From: Patescibacteria group bacterium
GTDB taxonomy: Bacteria; Patescibacteriota; Patescibacteriia; JACRDY01
Assembly: GCA_041653535.1 (NCBI GenBank)
Contig: JBAZFH010000001.1
Location: 214,175-278,174 of the forward strand
DNA: 64,000 nt
Direction of reading: 5' to 3'
In this document: positions 15,817 through 25,156 of the stretch, one piece after another
How the letters are laid out: every line of letters starts with the position of its first letter
Numbering within the stretch: the first letter of the stretch is position 1
Notes under the pieces: model-generated
What the model saw: the letters and a program-made list of their open reading frames with translations, nothing else
Told to the model about the DNA's origin: nothing
Databases searched by the model: none
Made by a program: the position numbers and the translations under genes

Positions 15817-17106
15817 ATGAAATTAACATTTAAAAAGATAATCGTGATATTTTTGTTAGGTTTGGTTGTATCAACACAAGTTGTTTCTGCTAGTAATTTT
15901 CCAATCAACGCTTATTTTTTCTACGGAGACGGTTGCCCCCATTGCGCTGAAGAGAGACGGTATTTATTTAATGATTTAAAAAATGATTATCCCAACTTGC
16001 AAATCTATGAATATGAAATCTATAACAACAAAAATAACGCTTTGTTGTTGCAACAAACAGCCGATAAGCTTGGCGTCAGTATCGGCGGCGTGCCGTTTTT
16101 GGTTATCGGCGATAAACAGTTTGTTGGGTTTGCTAATGGCATAACCTCCGGCCAGATAGAACAGCGGGTAAAAGAATGTTCCGTCGCATCATGTCAAGAC
16201 TCAGTCGCCGCTATTGTCGGGATTAAGGTTATTAAACCTCAACAGCCGGCAGTTCAAGAAAATAAAAATCACGAGCCAATCAAAAATGAAAATGTAGCTA
16301 TAAAAAATTCGATCGAAGCGCCAATCGTGCAAGAGCCGCCTAGCCAAGAAAATAAAGATAAATTAATAAAATTACCGTTATTGGGTGAGGTCAATGCGGT
16401 GAATTTTTCTCTACCTATTTTAACTATAATTATGGGGGCTTTGGACGGATTTAATCCTTGCGCCATGTGGACACTTTTATTTTTGATTAGCCTGCTTTTG
16501 GGTATGGAAAACAGGAAAAGAATGTGGCTTCTAGGTAGCGCGTTTATCGTCGCTTCTGCCACCGTTTATTTTCTGTTCATGTCAGCTTGGCTCAATCTAA
16601 TTCTCTTCTTAGGATTCGTGGTTTGGGTAAGAACATTGATTGGATTATTGGCTCTTTTGGGTGGCGGTTACAGTCTTAAAGAATTTTTATTTAATAAGGA
16701 CAGCGGCTGTAAAATAGCCGGTGACGAGCAAAGGCAAAAAACCTTTGCCAGATTAAAGTCAGCGGTTCAACAAAATAGTTTATGGCTGGCGCTGGGGGGA
16801 ATTATTATTTTAGCTTTCGCCGTTAATTTAGTTGAGTTGATTTGTTCGGCCGGACTTCCGGCGGTTTACACACAAGTTTTAGCTTTAAATGAAATGGCTG
16901 GTTGGCATTATTACCTTTACATTCTGCTCTATATATTCTTTTTTATGTTGGACGATTTATTTATCTTTTTTATCGCTATGATTACCTTAGAAATGACGGG
17001 AGTCACCACCAAATATGCCAGAGCATCTCGTTTAATCGGCGGATTGGTAATGTTGGTGATTGGTTTAGCGTTGATATTTAAGCCGGAATGGATAATGTTT
17101 AATTGA
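15817..17106 (+). CDS. fusion of secreted thioredoxin/glutaredoxin-like domain and DsbD/CcdA-type transmembrane thiol-disulfide transporter
   Basis: Signal peptide, GDGCPHC CxxC motif, a P/Q/E-rich linker, then TM helices with conserved cysteines (FNPCAMW and ICSAGLP). Confidence 0.65.
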   Translation: MKLTFKKIIVIFLLGLVVSTQVVSASNFPINAYFFYGDGCPHCAEERRYLFNDLKNDYPNLQIYEYEIYNNKNNALLLQQTADKLGVSIGGVPFLVIGDKQFVGFANGITSGQIEQRVKECSVASCQDSVAAIVGIKVIKPQQPAVQENKNHEPIKNENVAIKNSIEAPIVQEPPSQENKDKLIKLPLLGEVNAVNFSLPILTIIMGALDGFNPCAMWTLLFLISLLLGMENRKRMWLLGSAFIVASATVYFLFMSAWLNLILFLGFVVWVRTLIGLLALLGGGYSLKEFLFNKDSGCKIAGDEQRQKTFARLKSAVQQNSLWLALGGIIILAFAVNLVELICSAGLPAVYTQVLALNEMAGWHYYLYILLYIFFFMLDDLFIFFIAMITLEMTGVTTKYARASRLIGGLVMLVIGLALIFKPEWIMFN

Positions 17107-17966
17107 GTATGGCTGGTAATTTCTTTTTACCTTTTACTTTAACTATTTTAGCCGGACTTTCGACCGTCATCGGCGCTGGTTTGATTTTTTGGGCCAGAAC
17201 CACTTGCACTAAATTTTTGTCTTTCGGTTTGGGACTGTCGGCCGGCGTGATGATTTATTTGTCTTTTTTTGAATTGCTCAAGGAATCAAATAATTTTTTT
17301 CAAGAAGCTTCCAGTGGCGGTTATCATTGGTTGGTAGTTTTGATGTTTTTAGTCGGTTTGGCGATTGCCGGCGTAATCGACGCCTTTACTCATAATCGTA
17401 TGGAAACTTGTTCGGTTGCTGATTACGGATTGAATGGCGGCGGGGATGCCGTTCAATGTCCGAACGATGGATTTGGCGGACGATGTCGTCGCCGAAGGTA
17501 TTGGTCGAGACGGCAAGCTCTTTTGCAAACAGGGACAATTACCGCCATAGTTATTGCTCTGCATAACTTTCCCGAGGGGATAATTACCTTTACCACCGCT
17601 AGCATTAATCCTTTGTTTGGTTTATCGGTCGCCATCGCTATCGCCATCCACAATATACCGGAAGGTTTCTGTGTCGCCTTACCGATTTATTACGCAACGC
17701 AGGATAAGAAAAAAAGTATTTTGTACGCTTTATTGGCCGGTTTAGCCGAACCGCTGGGAGCACTGATTACTTATCTGATACTTTTTCCTTTTATTAATAA
17801 TTTTGTTTTAGGTATAATGTTGGCGCTGGTTGCCGGTATTATGGTCTATGTAGCTTTTGATGAACTTTTGCCCGCCGCCAGGAGATTCGGTCACGGACAT
17901 ATAAGTTTATTTGGCCTAGTGGTTGGCATGATAATTATGGCGTTTAGTTTATACTTGTTAAAGTAA
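17103..17966 (+). CDS. ZIP family zinc transporter (ZupT-like)
   Basis: HNFPEGI and HNIPEG motifs in TM helices. Start overlaps the upstream stop. Confidence 0.8.
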   Translation: MSMAGNFFLPFTLTILAGLSTVIGAGLIFWARTTCTKFLSFGLGLSAGVMIYLSFFELLKESNNFFQEASSGGYHWLVVLMFLVGLAIAGVIDAFTHNRMETCSVADYGLNGGGDAVQCPNDGFGGRCRRRRYWSRRQALLQTGTITAIVIALHNFPEGIITFTTASINPLFGLSVAIAIAIHNIPEGFCVALPIYYATQDKKKSILYALLAGLAEPLGALITYLILFPFINNFVLGIMLALVAGIMVYVAFDELLPAARRFGHGHISLFGLVVGMIIMAFSLYLLK

Positions 17967-17969
17967 TTT

Positions 17970-19085
17970 ATGTTTAAGAAAATAATTTTATTATTATCCA
18001 TTTTGTTTCTCCTAGCGCCAATTTTTGTATCGGCTCAAACAGAGAATAATGCCGAGGATTTGGTTGATCGGGTTTTTAAAGCCGAGGTGATAAAGATTTT
18101 GGAAGAAAAGACGCTAGAGAGAGAGGACGGCTCAAGCGCGTTGCAGCAAAACCTGCTTCTGCGCGGGCTGGAAAAGGAATGGCGAGGCAAAGAATTTGAG
18201 CATCAAGGAATTTCTAAAATTGATGTGGCTAGCGCCAATACCTACAAAGTCGGCGATAAAGTTTTGGTCAGTGAAGTCAAGACGGTTGACGGCGCCACGA
18301 ATTATTATATAACTGATCTAGTTCGCAGCGGTTATTTATATTGGCTGGCTTTTATTTTTTGTGCCGTAATTATCTTTATTAGCAAAAAGAAGGGCATTAA
18401 GTCGTTAATAAGTTTAGTAGTCAGTTTCATTATCATTATTAAATTTATCGTCCCGCAAATTGTCAACGGCGCCAGTCCTCTTCTAGTCGGCGTATTCGGA
18501 GCGTTAATAATTTTAGCGATCATTATTTATCTAACTGAAGGGTGGAATAGGAAGTCGCATATTTCCGTAACCAGCGTCTTTTTTTCGTTATTAGTCACTT
18601 TTGTTTTATCTTGGATATTTACCTCTTTAACCAGATTGACCGGCATGGCTCAGGAAGAAGCGATGTTTCTGCTTGGTACGAACGGTGGGGCGATAGATTT
18701 TCAAGGTTTGCTTTTAGCGGGAATTTTGATCGGCACAGTCGGCGTTTTGGATGATATTATCGTCGGTCAAGTGGAATCGGTTAAACAAATTAAGAAAGCT
18801 AATCCTGACCTCACTAATAAGCAGGTTTATAAGTCGGCTTATGAAGTCGGCAATACTCATTTGGGAGCGATCGTCAATACTTTGTTTTTAGTTTATGCCG
18901 GAGCCAGCCTGCCGCTTTTGTTACTTTTTTATCTCAACCCGATGGGAACAGTTTCTTTTTCGCAGGTAATTAATAATGAGTTGATAGCTACGGAAATTGT
19001 CCGCACTCTTGTCGGCAGTATCGGCGTGGCTTTATCCATGCCGATCGCCACTCTTTTGGCTGTTTGGTTTATAAAAAACAAATAG
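17970..19085 (+). CDS. YibE/F-like integral membrane protein
   Basis: Signal peptide plus an extracytoplasmic N-domain, followed by about 7 TM helices. Architecture resembles YibE/F; the family assignment is tentative. Confidence 0.45.
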   Translation: MFKKIILLLSILFLLAPIFVSAQTENNAEDLVDRVFKAEVIKILEEKTLEREDGSSALQQNLLLRGLEKEWRGKEFEHQGISKIDVASANTYKVGDKVLVSEVKTVDGATNYYITDLVRSGYLYWLAFIFCAVIIFISKKKGIKSLISLVVSFIIIIKFIVPQIVNGASPLLVGVFGALIILAIIIYLTEGWNRKSHISVTSVFFSLLVTFVLSWIFTSLTRLTGMAQEEAMFLLGTNGGAIDFQGLLLAGILIGTVGVLDDIIVGQVESVKQIKKANPDLTNKQVYKSAYEVGNTHLGAIVNTLFLVYAGASLPLLLLFYLNPMGTVSFSQVINNELIATEIVRTLVGSIGVALSMPIATLLAVWFIKNK

Positions 19086-19151
19086 TCGATTTAAACCAAG
19101 GTAAAAGAATCCCTCTATACTGCACTGTCGCATTTGTCGCATTTTCGAATT

Positions 19152-19285
19152 CAGACCCCTACCCGAAAGGGTCTCTAACTACCCCAAATTGATCCCCACA
19201 AAAGCCTTTGAAGATTGCTAGTTGGGGGTTCCAGACTGACAAGGCTCATATCAAAAAAATCTCTATAAATTTAGAGGTTTTTTTG
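19152..19285 (+). ncRNA. candidate small structured RNA, copy 2, with intrinsic terminator
   Basis: See copy 1 at 13070. Terminator TCTCTAAATTTAGAGG plus T7. Confidence 0.5.
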
Positions 19286-19562
19286 ATGTAGGTAAAATTG
19301 CATTTGGAAAAATTATGAGGTATATTAAAGAAGAAGATTTAGAAAATAAATAAAATTTATGTTAGGCGAACCAAAAATTGAATCAAGTAATGAAATCAGT
19401 CCAGAAGAGCTGGGTGCTAAAGGATATTTTATCAAAGCACATTATTCTTTGGAAGAAATTGCGAAAGAGGTGCGAAAGGCATTAAAATAGTGTATGACAG
19501 TTTTTTTGTTTCCCCGCTTTAGATGAGGTATAATTTCTTTTAGTTAATAAATAAAAAACAAT

Positions 19563-19733
19563 ATGAATAAAAATGCCGGTGGTGGCGCTGCCTACGGACT
19601 CGGTCTGATTGGTGCGGCGATATACTACATCTCAACAGCAACCAGTTTTTGGCTAGGAGTTTTGGGTTTTCTCAAAGCTTTGGTTTGGCCAGCTTTTTTG
19701 GTTTATGGACTGCTGAAGTTTTTGGCAATGTAG
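19563..19733 (+). CDS. small hydrophobic protein (56 aa, two predicted TM segments)
   Basis: ATG preceded by a TATAAT-like box at 19529-19534. Not in the ORF track because it is under 60 aa. Confidence 0.4.
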   Translation: MNKNAGGGAAYGLGLIGAAIYYISTATSFWLGVLGFLKALVWPAFLVYGLLKFLAM

Positions 19734-19895
19734 ATTAAGATTTTTAAATTAATTTGCTTGAAAGCCCTCGCTTTACGGCGAGGTTTTTAATACAAGGAGA
19801 TCGGGTGAGTAAGTAGTGTTTTGAGGGTAGCAGTTATTGTTGACAAGTATTTATAATTATGTTAGTGTAAAATATGATTTAAATACAAAGAACTT

Positions 19896-20267
19896 TTGGC
19901 TATCAGCAACTTACTGGAGGTAGAAATGAAAGGTATTATTGATTTTTTCATGTTTTGGTTCAGACTTTTGACCGCCGTCGTGTCGTTACCGTACACCGTC
20001 CCTCGGTGGATTTACCGGCACACCCGGTCTTTCGAAGGAACCGTGACCAATGTCTGGTCTAGCGTCGATAGCGGCAATTACTACTACATCGGCTGGGAAA
20101 TCGATGTGAAAAACAAGGACGGTAGGATCCGACGCGAGTATTCGCTTTTTGGCTTCGGCATCGACTTGAATGGTCAGTCGATGATCGAAGTCGGAGACAC
20201 GGTTCGCCGGAGACCGTGGGGGTCTCTCGAAGTTTTTGACGCCTGTCGCTGGGCGACGGTGTACTGA
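19896..20267 (+). CDS. hypothetical protein in a GC-rich islet (probable start ATG 19926 after GGAGG)
   Basis: N-terminal TM helix. Local GC is elevated. Flanked by similar hairpin/T-run motifs at 19765-19788 and 20293-20316. Confidence 0.45.
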   Translation: MAISNLLEVEMKGIIDFFMFWFRLLTAVVSLPYTVPRWIYRHTRSFEGTVTNVWSSVDSGNYYYIGWEIDVKNKDGRIRREYSLFGFGIDLNGQSMIEVGDTVRRRPWGSLEVFDACRWATVY

Positions 20268-20400
20268 TCTTCGCCCCACATCAGATCATAAACCCTTGCT
20301 TTACGGCGGGGGTTTTGTCTATCCAGACAAATCGTCAATCGTACGGTTTTTTGCTATAATTAAACCAGCGATATATTTATATAATTAATTCAAAAAAACT

Positions 20401-21543
20401 ATGAAAAAAACCTTGATTGTAGCTGGTTTGCTCTTGTTTGTTTTTGCTTTGCCGGCATCCGCCGCTACTTTTGGTAGTGGCGAAATGTACAGTCTAAACA
20501 GCGGTAAACCGCTTGTCGGCAATTTTTACGGTGTCGGTGCTTCGCTTAACATCAATGATGAAATCCAGGGAGATGCCTATCTAGCCGGCGCCAATCTAAC
20601 TGTCAGCAGTTTAGTGCAAGACGACCTCAATGTTGCCGGAGCTAATGTTTTACTCAACGGTCAGGTTAACGGCGATCTGCGCGCGGTTGGTAGTAACGTC
20701 TATATTAACAAAAATATTGGCGGAGAAGTAATGACTGCGGGTGGCTATGTGGTTTTGGCAGACGGAGCGGAAATAGCTGGCAATTTTTATAGTGCCGCAG
20801 GAAAAATGGTTTTACTTGGTGATATAAAAGGCGATGCGGAGCTTGGCGCTGGAGAAATAGAGATTCACGGTACTATTGACGGTAACCTAAAGGTAATAGC
20901 CGATAGTTTAATTTTGGCATCAACTGCCGTGGTTAATGGTAATCTGGATTGCACTGGTCCGAACGAACCGCAAATTACCGCTGGCGCCGCAGTTAAAGGC
21001 GAGACCAATTATATTAAAAAAGATCTTGGTAACGGACATAAGAAAGTAGACGGTAAGGCTGCGCTATCTGCGTTATTTGGCGTAGTCTGGTTTTTGAAAC
21101 TTATTGGTACGCTGATTTTGGGTCTGCTACTTTACTTCGTCTTCAAAAAGAAAATAAAGGAAGTAGCTCAATACAGCAGTCAAAAGTTTGGCTTGGATCT
21201 CCTCAGGGGTTTGGTAGTTATGATTGTTTTGCCAATCGTGGCGGTTATTTTGATGATTACCATAGTTGGTTTGCCGCTAGGTATTTTGGCAATGCTTTTG
21301 TATGCCATACTTTGTATTTTGGCGGCGCCGGTGGCTGGTATGATTTTAGGGGCTTTGATTTTCCGTTTGTTTACCAAAAATTACCGAGTTGATCACTGGT
21401 CGGTGGTAATAGGTATAATTTTGTTGTCAGTTTTGATGTTGGTTCCGATAGTGGGCTGGGTTATTTGTGCGGTTTTTTTCCTGGTTGGAATGGGAACGAT
21501 CTCTCTTCACCTCTACCGTCACGGCCATAAACTCGTTGATTAG
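20401..21543 (+). CDS. membrane protein with signal peptide, bactofilin-like (beta-helical GDxxxxGxNVxxxG) repeats and C-terminal multi-TM domain
   Basis: Repeats LAGANLTVSS...VAGANVLLNGQVNGDLRAVGSNVYIN, followed by 4-5 TM helices. Confidence 0.5.
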   Translation: MKKTLIVAGLLLFVFALPASAATFGSGEMYSLNSGKPLVGNFYGVGASLNINDEIQGDAYLAGANLTVSSLVQDDLNVAGANVLLNGQVNGDLRAVGSNVYINKNIGGEVMTAGGYVVLADGAEIAGNFYSAAGKMVLLGDIKGDAELGAGEIEIHGTIDGNLKVIADSLILASTAVVNGNLDCTGPNEPQITAGAAVKGETNYIKKDLGNGHKKVDGKAALSALFGVVWFLKLIGTLILGLLLYFVFKKKIKEVAQYSSQKFGLDLLRGLVVMIVLPIVAVILMITIVGLPLGILAMLLYAILCILAAPVAGMILGALIFRLFTKNYRVDHWSVVIGIILLSVLMLVPIVGWVICAVFFLVGMGTISLHLYRHGHKLVD

Positions 21544-21570
21544 AATCTTTAGTTGGATCAGTAAACAAAA

Positions 21571-21598
21571 AACCGTTCGTCTAGGCGAGCGGTTTTTT
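21571..21598. terminator. bidirectional terminator
   Basis: AACCGTTCG-tctagg-CGAGCGGTT hairpin plus T-run, between convergent genes. Confidence 0.55.
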
Positions 21599-21616
21599 AT
21601 ATTCAATTGGTTAGTT

Positions 21617-22285
21617 TTATTTTTTTATTCCTATTACCATAGTGAAAGGGAAAGGATGTCTTGTTTTTAAAATAGTAATATTTTCTTTTTCAACAAATTT
21701 TTTAAATTTTGCCTCAGTCCACCAGTTGATATGACCAGGGGTGTTGCCTAGACGTTTTAGGTGTTTACCCTGCAAAATGTTTCTCAGGCTAAAAAATGGT
21801 TCGTGCGGTACCGAAAGGATGATATATTTTTTTGCCATACGGACGATTTCCTGTAACGCCTGACTGGGATTTTCTAGGTGCTCCAGCACTTCTGTACAAA
21901 CAACTAAATCAAATGATTTATCGGGAAAGGGGAGTTGATAGATATTGCCCAAGCGTAAGTCTAATTGGGGAAACAGTTCTTTCCCCAGGTTGACGGCAAC
22001 CAGCGAGCTATCTATTCCAACAAGCTCTTTGTTTATACTTGATTTTTGTATCCGATCAAGGGTGAAACCCTCGCCACAGCCGATGTCGATTATGTTCTCT
22101 ATTTGAAGATTATTTATTTCTTTAAGTAGCGTCTGATAAAAATTTTCTATTTCTTTTTTTCTTTGTCCTTGTGGCTGAGAATGTTTAGTATAATTAAAAG
22201 TTACCTCTATCGTTTTACCGATTTCGGGAACAAAGCGGATGCCTGCCGATGGTTCCGGTGTACTTTTCGTAGTGTTCGGTGTCAT
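21617..22285 (-). CDS. class I SAM-dependent methyltransferase
   Basis: Motif I IIDIGCGEGF and the downstream acidic motif DLVVCTEVLEHL. Confidence 0.8.
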   Translation of the reverse strand: MTPNTTKSTPEPSAGIRFVPEIGKTIEVTFNYTKHSQPQGQRKKEIENFYQTLLKEINNLQIENIIDIGCGEGFTLDRIQKSSINKELVGIDSSLVAVNLGKELFPQLDLRLGNIYQLPFPDKSFDLVVCTEVLEHLENPSQALQEIVRMAKKYIILSVPHEPFFSLRNILQGKHLKRLGNTPGHINWWTEAKFKKFVEKENITILKTRHPFPFTMVIGIKK

Positions 22286-22394
22286 TTTAAAAATAGTTTA
22301 TCCGCTCATTACCCGGTGTATAAGAGACTTGATAAAAAGTCAGATATACCATAGCATATTATAAAGTTGTAGATAAGTCGAATATAATGATATT

Positions 22395-23627
22395 ATGAAA
22401 AAATATTTTGTCAGAGAGGAGTCTTTTGGCTATACGTTTTTTGATAAACGCAAGCTGAGACACGAATTTTTGGCTAAAACCGAATTGAAGAAGGTTTTGA
22501 GGAATAGAGGTGTTTCTGCAAAAGAGGTGGAACTAATCAAGGCCCGGCGGAAGGAGTATCGCAAGGATATTATTTATTCGCCGATTCGGATATACTATGA
22601 ATTGACGCTAGGTTGTAATTTGCGTTGCCGGTATTGTTTCAATAGTTCTGGTATTCCGAGAAAAAACGAGCTCACTACAAAAGAGGTGATGCAGAGCTTA
22701 GATCATCTACGTCAAAGCAACGTTTTGGATTTACGCTTTACCGGCGGGGAAATAACCTGTCGTTCTGATTGGTTTGATATTTTACAATATGCAAAAAATT
22801 TGGGGTTTGCTATATCGTGCAATATAAATGCGGCGTATCATGATGATACCGTTAGTGAAAAATTTGCTCAACTGGATCTAGACCAGGTTACGGTTAGTAT
22901 AGATGGTATCAAAGAGCATCATGACTTAAACCGTGGCGTCGGATCATTTGATAGAACCATAAAGAATCTAGCAGGGCTCCATCGGGGCGGAGTTAGATTG
23001 AGGATTAACACTTTGGTTAATAAATATTCTATGCACGACATAGAGTATATGTTGGATCTTGCTGCTAAATATACTGACGAGATCAACTTTTTTACCATCG
23101 TATTCATTGGCCGTGGCGCTGAATTGGAGACAGTTGAAGGTGTTACGGTAGAAGATCATTTTAAAATGTCGGTTGCTTTACATAAATTAAAACCAAAATA
23201 TCCTCAGTTGAGAGTGTTACATTTCGCTGAAGTGTCGCGCAAAACATCTGTTGATAAATCTTTGGGCGAGAAATTCGGCTTGCGCGTTGGTCCGCCTTCA
23301 GGCACCACCACTTTTAATCTATTAAGTGATGGTAGCTATTGCTGTGGTGGTTACGCTCCATATATCGATCCGTCGCTCATATTAGGCAATGTCAGAACCG
23401 ATGATCTTGTTGATGTGTGGCAAAAAAGCCAGAAGCTGGAGCAGATTAGAGATGACGGGAGACTGCTGATTTTGTTTTGTGATCGTTGCGATGAGTTTAC
23501 TAATGGACGATGTCAGGGGTCAAAATATGAAACGGAATTAAATCGTTTCGTCCAACCAGGCATAAAAAATCCGACCTGTATCTATAGTGATAGTCCTTCA
23601 TTATTAAATATAACAAAAAAATTATGA
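22395..23627 (+). CDS. radical SAM protein with C-terminal SPASM-type cysteine cluster (peptide-maturase-like)
   Basis: CNLRCRYC (CxxxCxxC) plus C-terminal Cys-rich CCGGY...CDRCDEFTNGRCQG. Confidence 0.8.
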   Translation: MKKYFVREESFGYTFFDKRKLRHEFLAKTELKKVLRNRGVSAKEVELIKARRKEYRKDIIYSPIRIYYELTLGCNLRCRYCFNSSGIPRKNELTTKEVMQSLDHLRQSNVLDLRFTGGEITCRSDWFDILQYAKNLGFAISCNINAAYHDDTVSEKFAQLDLDQVTVSIDGIKEHHDLNRGVGSFDRTIKNLAGLHRGGVRLRINTLVNKYSMHDIEYMLDLAAKYTDEINFFTIVFIGRGAELETVEGVTVEDHFKMSVALHKLKPKYPQLRVLHFAEVSRKTSVDKSLGEKFGLRVGPPSGTTTFNLLSDGSYCCGGYAPYIDPSLILGNVRTDDLVDVWQKSQKLEQIRDDGRLLILFCDRCDEFTNGRCQGSKYETELNRFVQPGIKNPTCIYSDSPSLLNITKKL

Positions 23628-24109
23628 CTGATATTAACAGTCTGCCTTATCGCGACAATGTCGCCGCTATCGTTTTTCGTCAAGGCAAGTTTTTATTATT
23701 GCAACGGATAGATTGGTTAGATACTTGCTGGAAGTTTCCTCAGGGAGGCGTTGACAGCGGTGAGACCGATGAAGACGCAGTCTTGAGGGAATGTGCGGAA
23801 GAGCTGGGTACGAACAATTTTGTTATTCGAGCCAAAAGTCAATATATGAATCAATACGATTGGAGTAACGATTCTGTTGAAAAGGCTGGATATAGGTGGC
23901 GCGGTCAGACACAAAAATTTTTTTTAGTTGAATTTTTGGGTAAAGATGAAGATTTCAAGTTAGCCGACGAGATCAAAAAATATCAGTGGGTGAGTCACAA
24001 TCAGTTGAAAAACTATATTGATCACGAGACGAAAGATTTTACCAACTATTTTGATACTGTGGAAAAAGTTTTGACAGAATTGTCAGGTTATCTTAATCCT
24101 AATATCTAA
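23624..24109 (+). CDS. NUDIX hydrolase
   Basis: Nudix box GGVDSGETDEDAVLRECAEELG. The 4-nt overlap with the rSAM stop suggests translational coupling. Confidence 0.8.
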   Translation: MTDINSLPYRDNVAAIVFRQGKFLLLQRIDWLDTCWKFPQGGVDSGETDEDAVLRECAEELGTNNFVIRAKSQYMNQYDWSNDSVEKAGYRWRGQTQKFFLVEFLGKDEDFKLADEIKKYQWVSHNQLKNYIDHETKDFTNYFDTVEKVLTELSGYLNPNI

Positions 24110-24818
24110 AACGTTTATCGCGAAAATATTTTATACTCTCGGGATTGCCTAGATCGTATTTGGCGTACACCGGCAAGGGTATTGCCGTCATTCCATTGTT
24201 GATTAGATAGTTGAAAGCTGGGCCAATATAATATTCGCCATTTAATTTTTTTCCGTGAGCTATTTGGTGTTCTAGAGCGGCTACGAGCTTTTTACCAGTA
24301 GGAGACAAGTAGACTCCGGCGCTGGCATAATAGGAGATGGCTTTTTTTTCGACAAAGGAGGTGATTATGCCATTTTTTATTCTTACAAAACCAGATTTTT
24401 TTTCCATGTTAAAATAGACGCCCAAATAGGCGGTATTTTTTTTAAAATTTTGTGGTAAGGCAAAGTCGATATACTGATCAGGGTTTACGACGATCACCGG
24501 TTCGGCATTGTTGATCTTTTTTTTAGCTTTCAAAATCGTGGCGGATGCGCCGGGAGCTTCGTCACAGGTGATTATTGTGGCTGGGTTTGGTATCCGATGT
24601 TTTTGTAGTAGTTTTTCTGTTTCTTTCTGAAAATGATATTTTTCTGCGAAATAATGAGTGGTGATCAGGATTATTTTGTCGGTTGGCTTAAAGAGGTGTT
24701 TTACTGAAGAAAGACACCAGCCAAGAATAGGTTGGCCGTTAATTTTGATGAACGGTTTAAACTCTCCCATCTCTTTGGTTCTGGTTCCTTTGCCGGCCAG
24801 AGGAAGTATCCAAATCAT
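24099..24818 (-). CDS. sugar-phosphate nucleotidyltransferase (NTP-transferase domain)
   Basis: N-terminal LPLAGKGTR signature of glucose-1-P nucleotidyltransferases. Confidence 0.7.
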   Translation of the reverse strand: MIWILPLAGKGTRTKEMGEFKPFIKINGQPILGWCLSSVKHLFKPTDKIILITTHYFAEKYHFQKETEKLLQKHRIPNPATIITCDEAPGASATILKAKKKINNAEPVIVVNPDQYIDFALPQNFKKNTAYLGVYFNMEKKSGFVRIKNGIITSFVEKKAISYYASAGVYLSPTGKKLVAALEHQIAHGKKLNGEYYIGPAFNYLINNGMTAIPLPVYAKYDLGNPESIKYFRDKRFRY

Positions 24819-24819
24819 A

Positions 24820-25149
24820 ATGGCGGTGTATGGCAGTTATGCCGACCAGGATTTTTTTCTTGGTCTGAAGGATTTCCTTCTTTCGGGTGAAGTCTACGCT
24901 TACGTGGTAATAGGTAAAGACGCCATCAATGTCCTTAATGCTATTGTGGGTAACACTGATCCGGAAAAAGCCGCGGTTAGCACAATCCGAAGACGATTTG
25001 GCGAGTCCATCAGGAGAAACATCACACATTCCACCAAGGATGAAGTGACTTTCTTCAACGAGCTACGGGCCCTATTCACTCAAGAAGAGATCGCTAAGAT
25101 TGAGAGTCGGTTGTTAGCCGGTACAACGCTGGTGGCACAAGCCGTCTAA
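24820..25149 (+). pseudogene. ndk: nucleoside diphosphate kinase, N-terminally truncated (about 55 aa missing)
   Basis: ADQDFFLGLKDFLLSGEVYAYVV...GNTDPEKAAVSTIRRRFGESIRRNITHS aligns to the C-terminal two-thirds of NDK, including the catalytic His. Its ATG is back-to-back with the start of the divergent gene (CAT-A-ATG), leaving no promoter space. Confidence 0.6.
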
Positions 25150-25156
25150 AATCTAT

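Noticed and set aside
24658-24819. N-terminal extension of the ndk-like ORF (track start 24658)
   Set aside because: The extension overlaps the divergent nucleotidyltransferase gene on the opposite strand and has no NDK similarity. The ATG at 24820 is the plausible start of a truncated gene.
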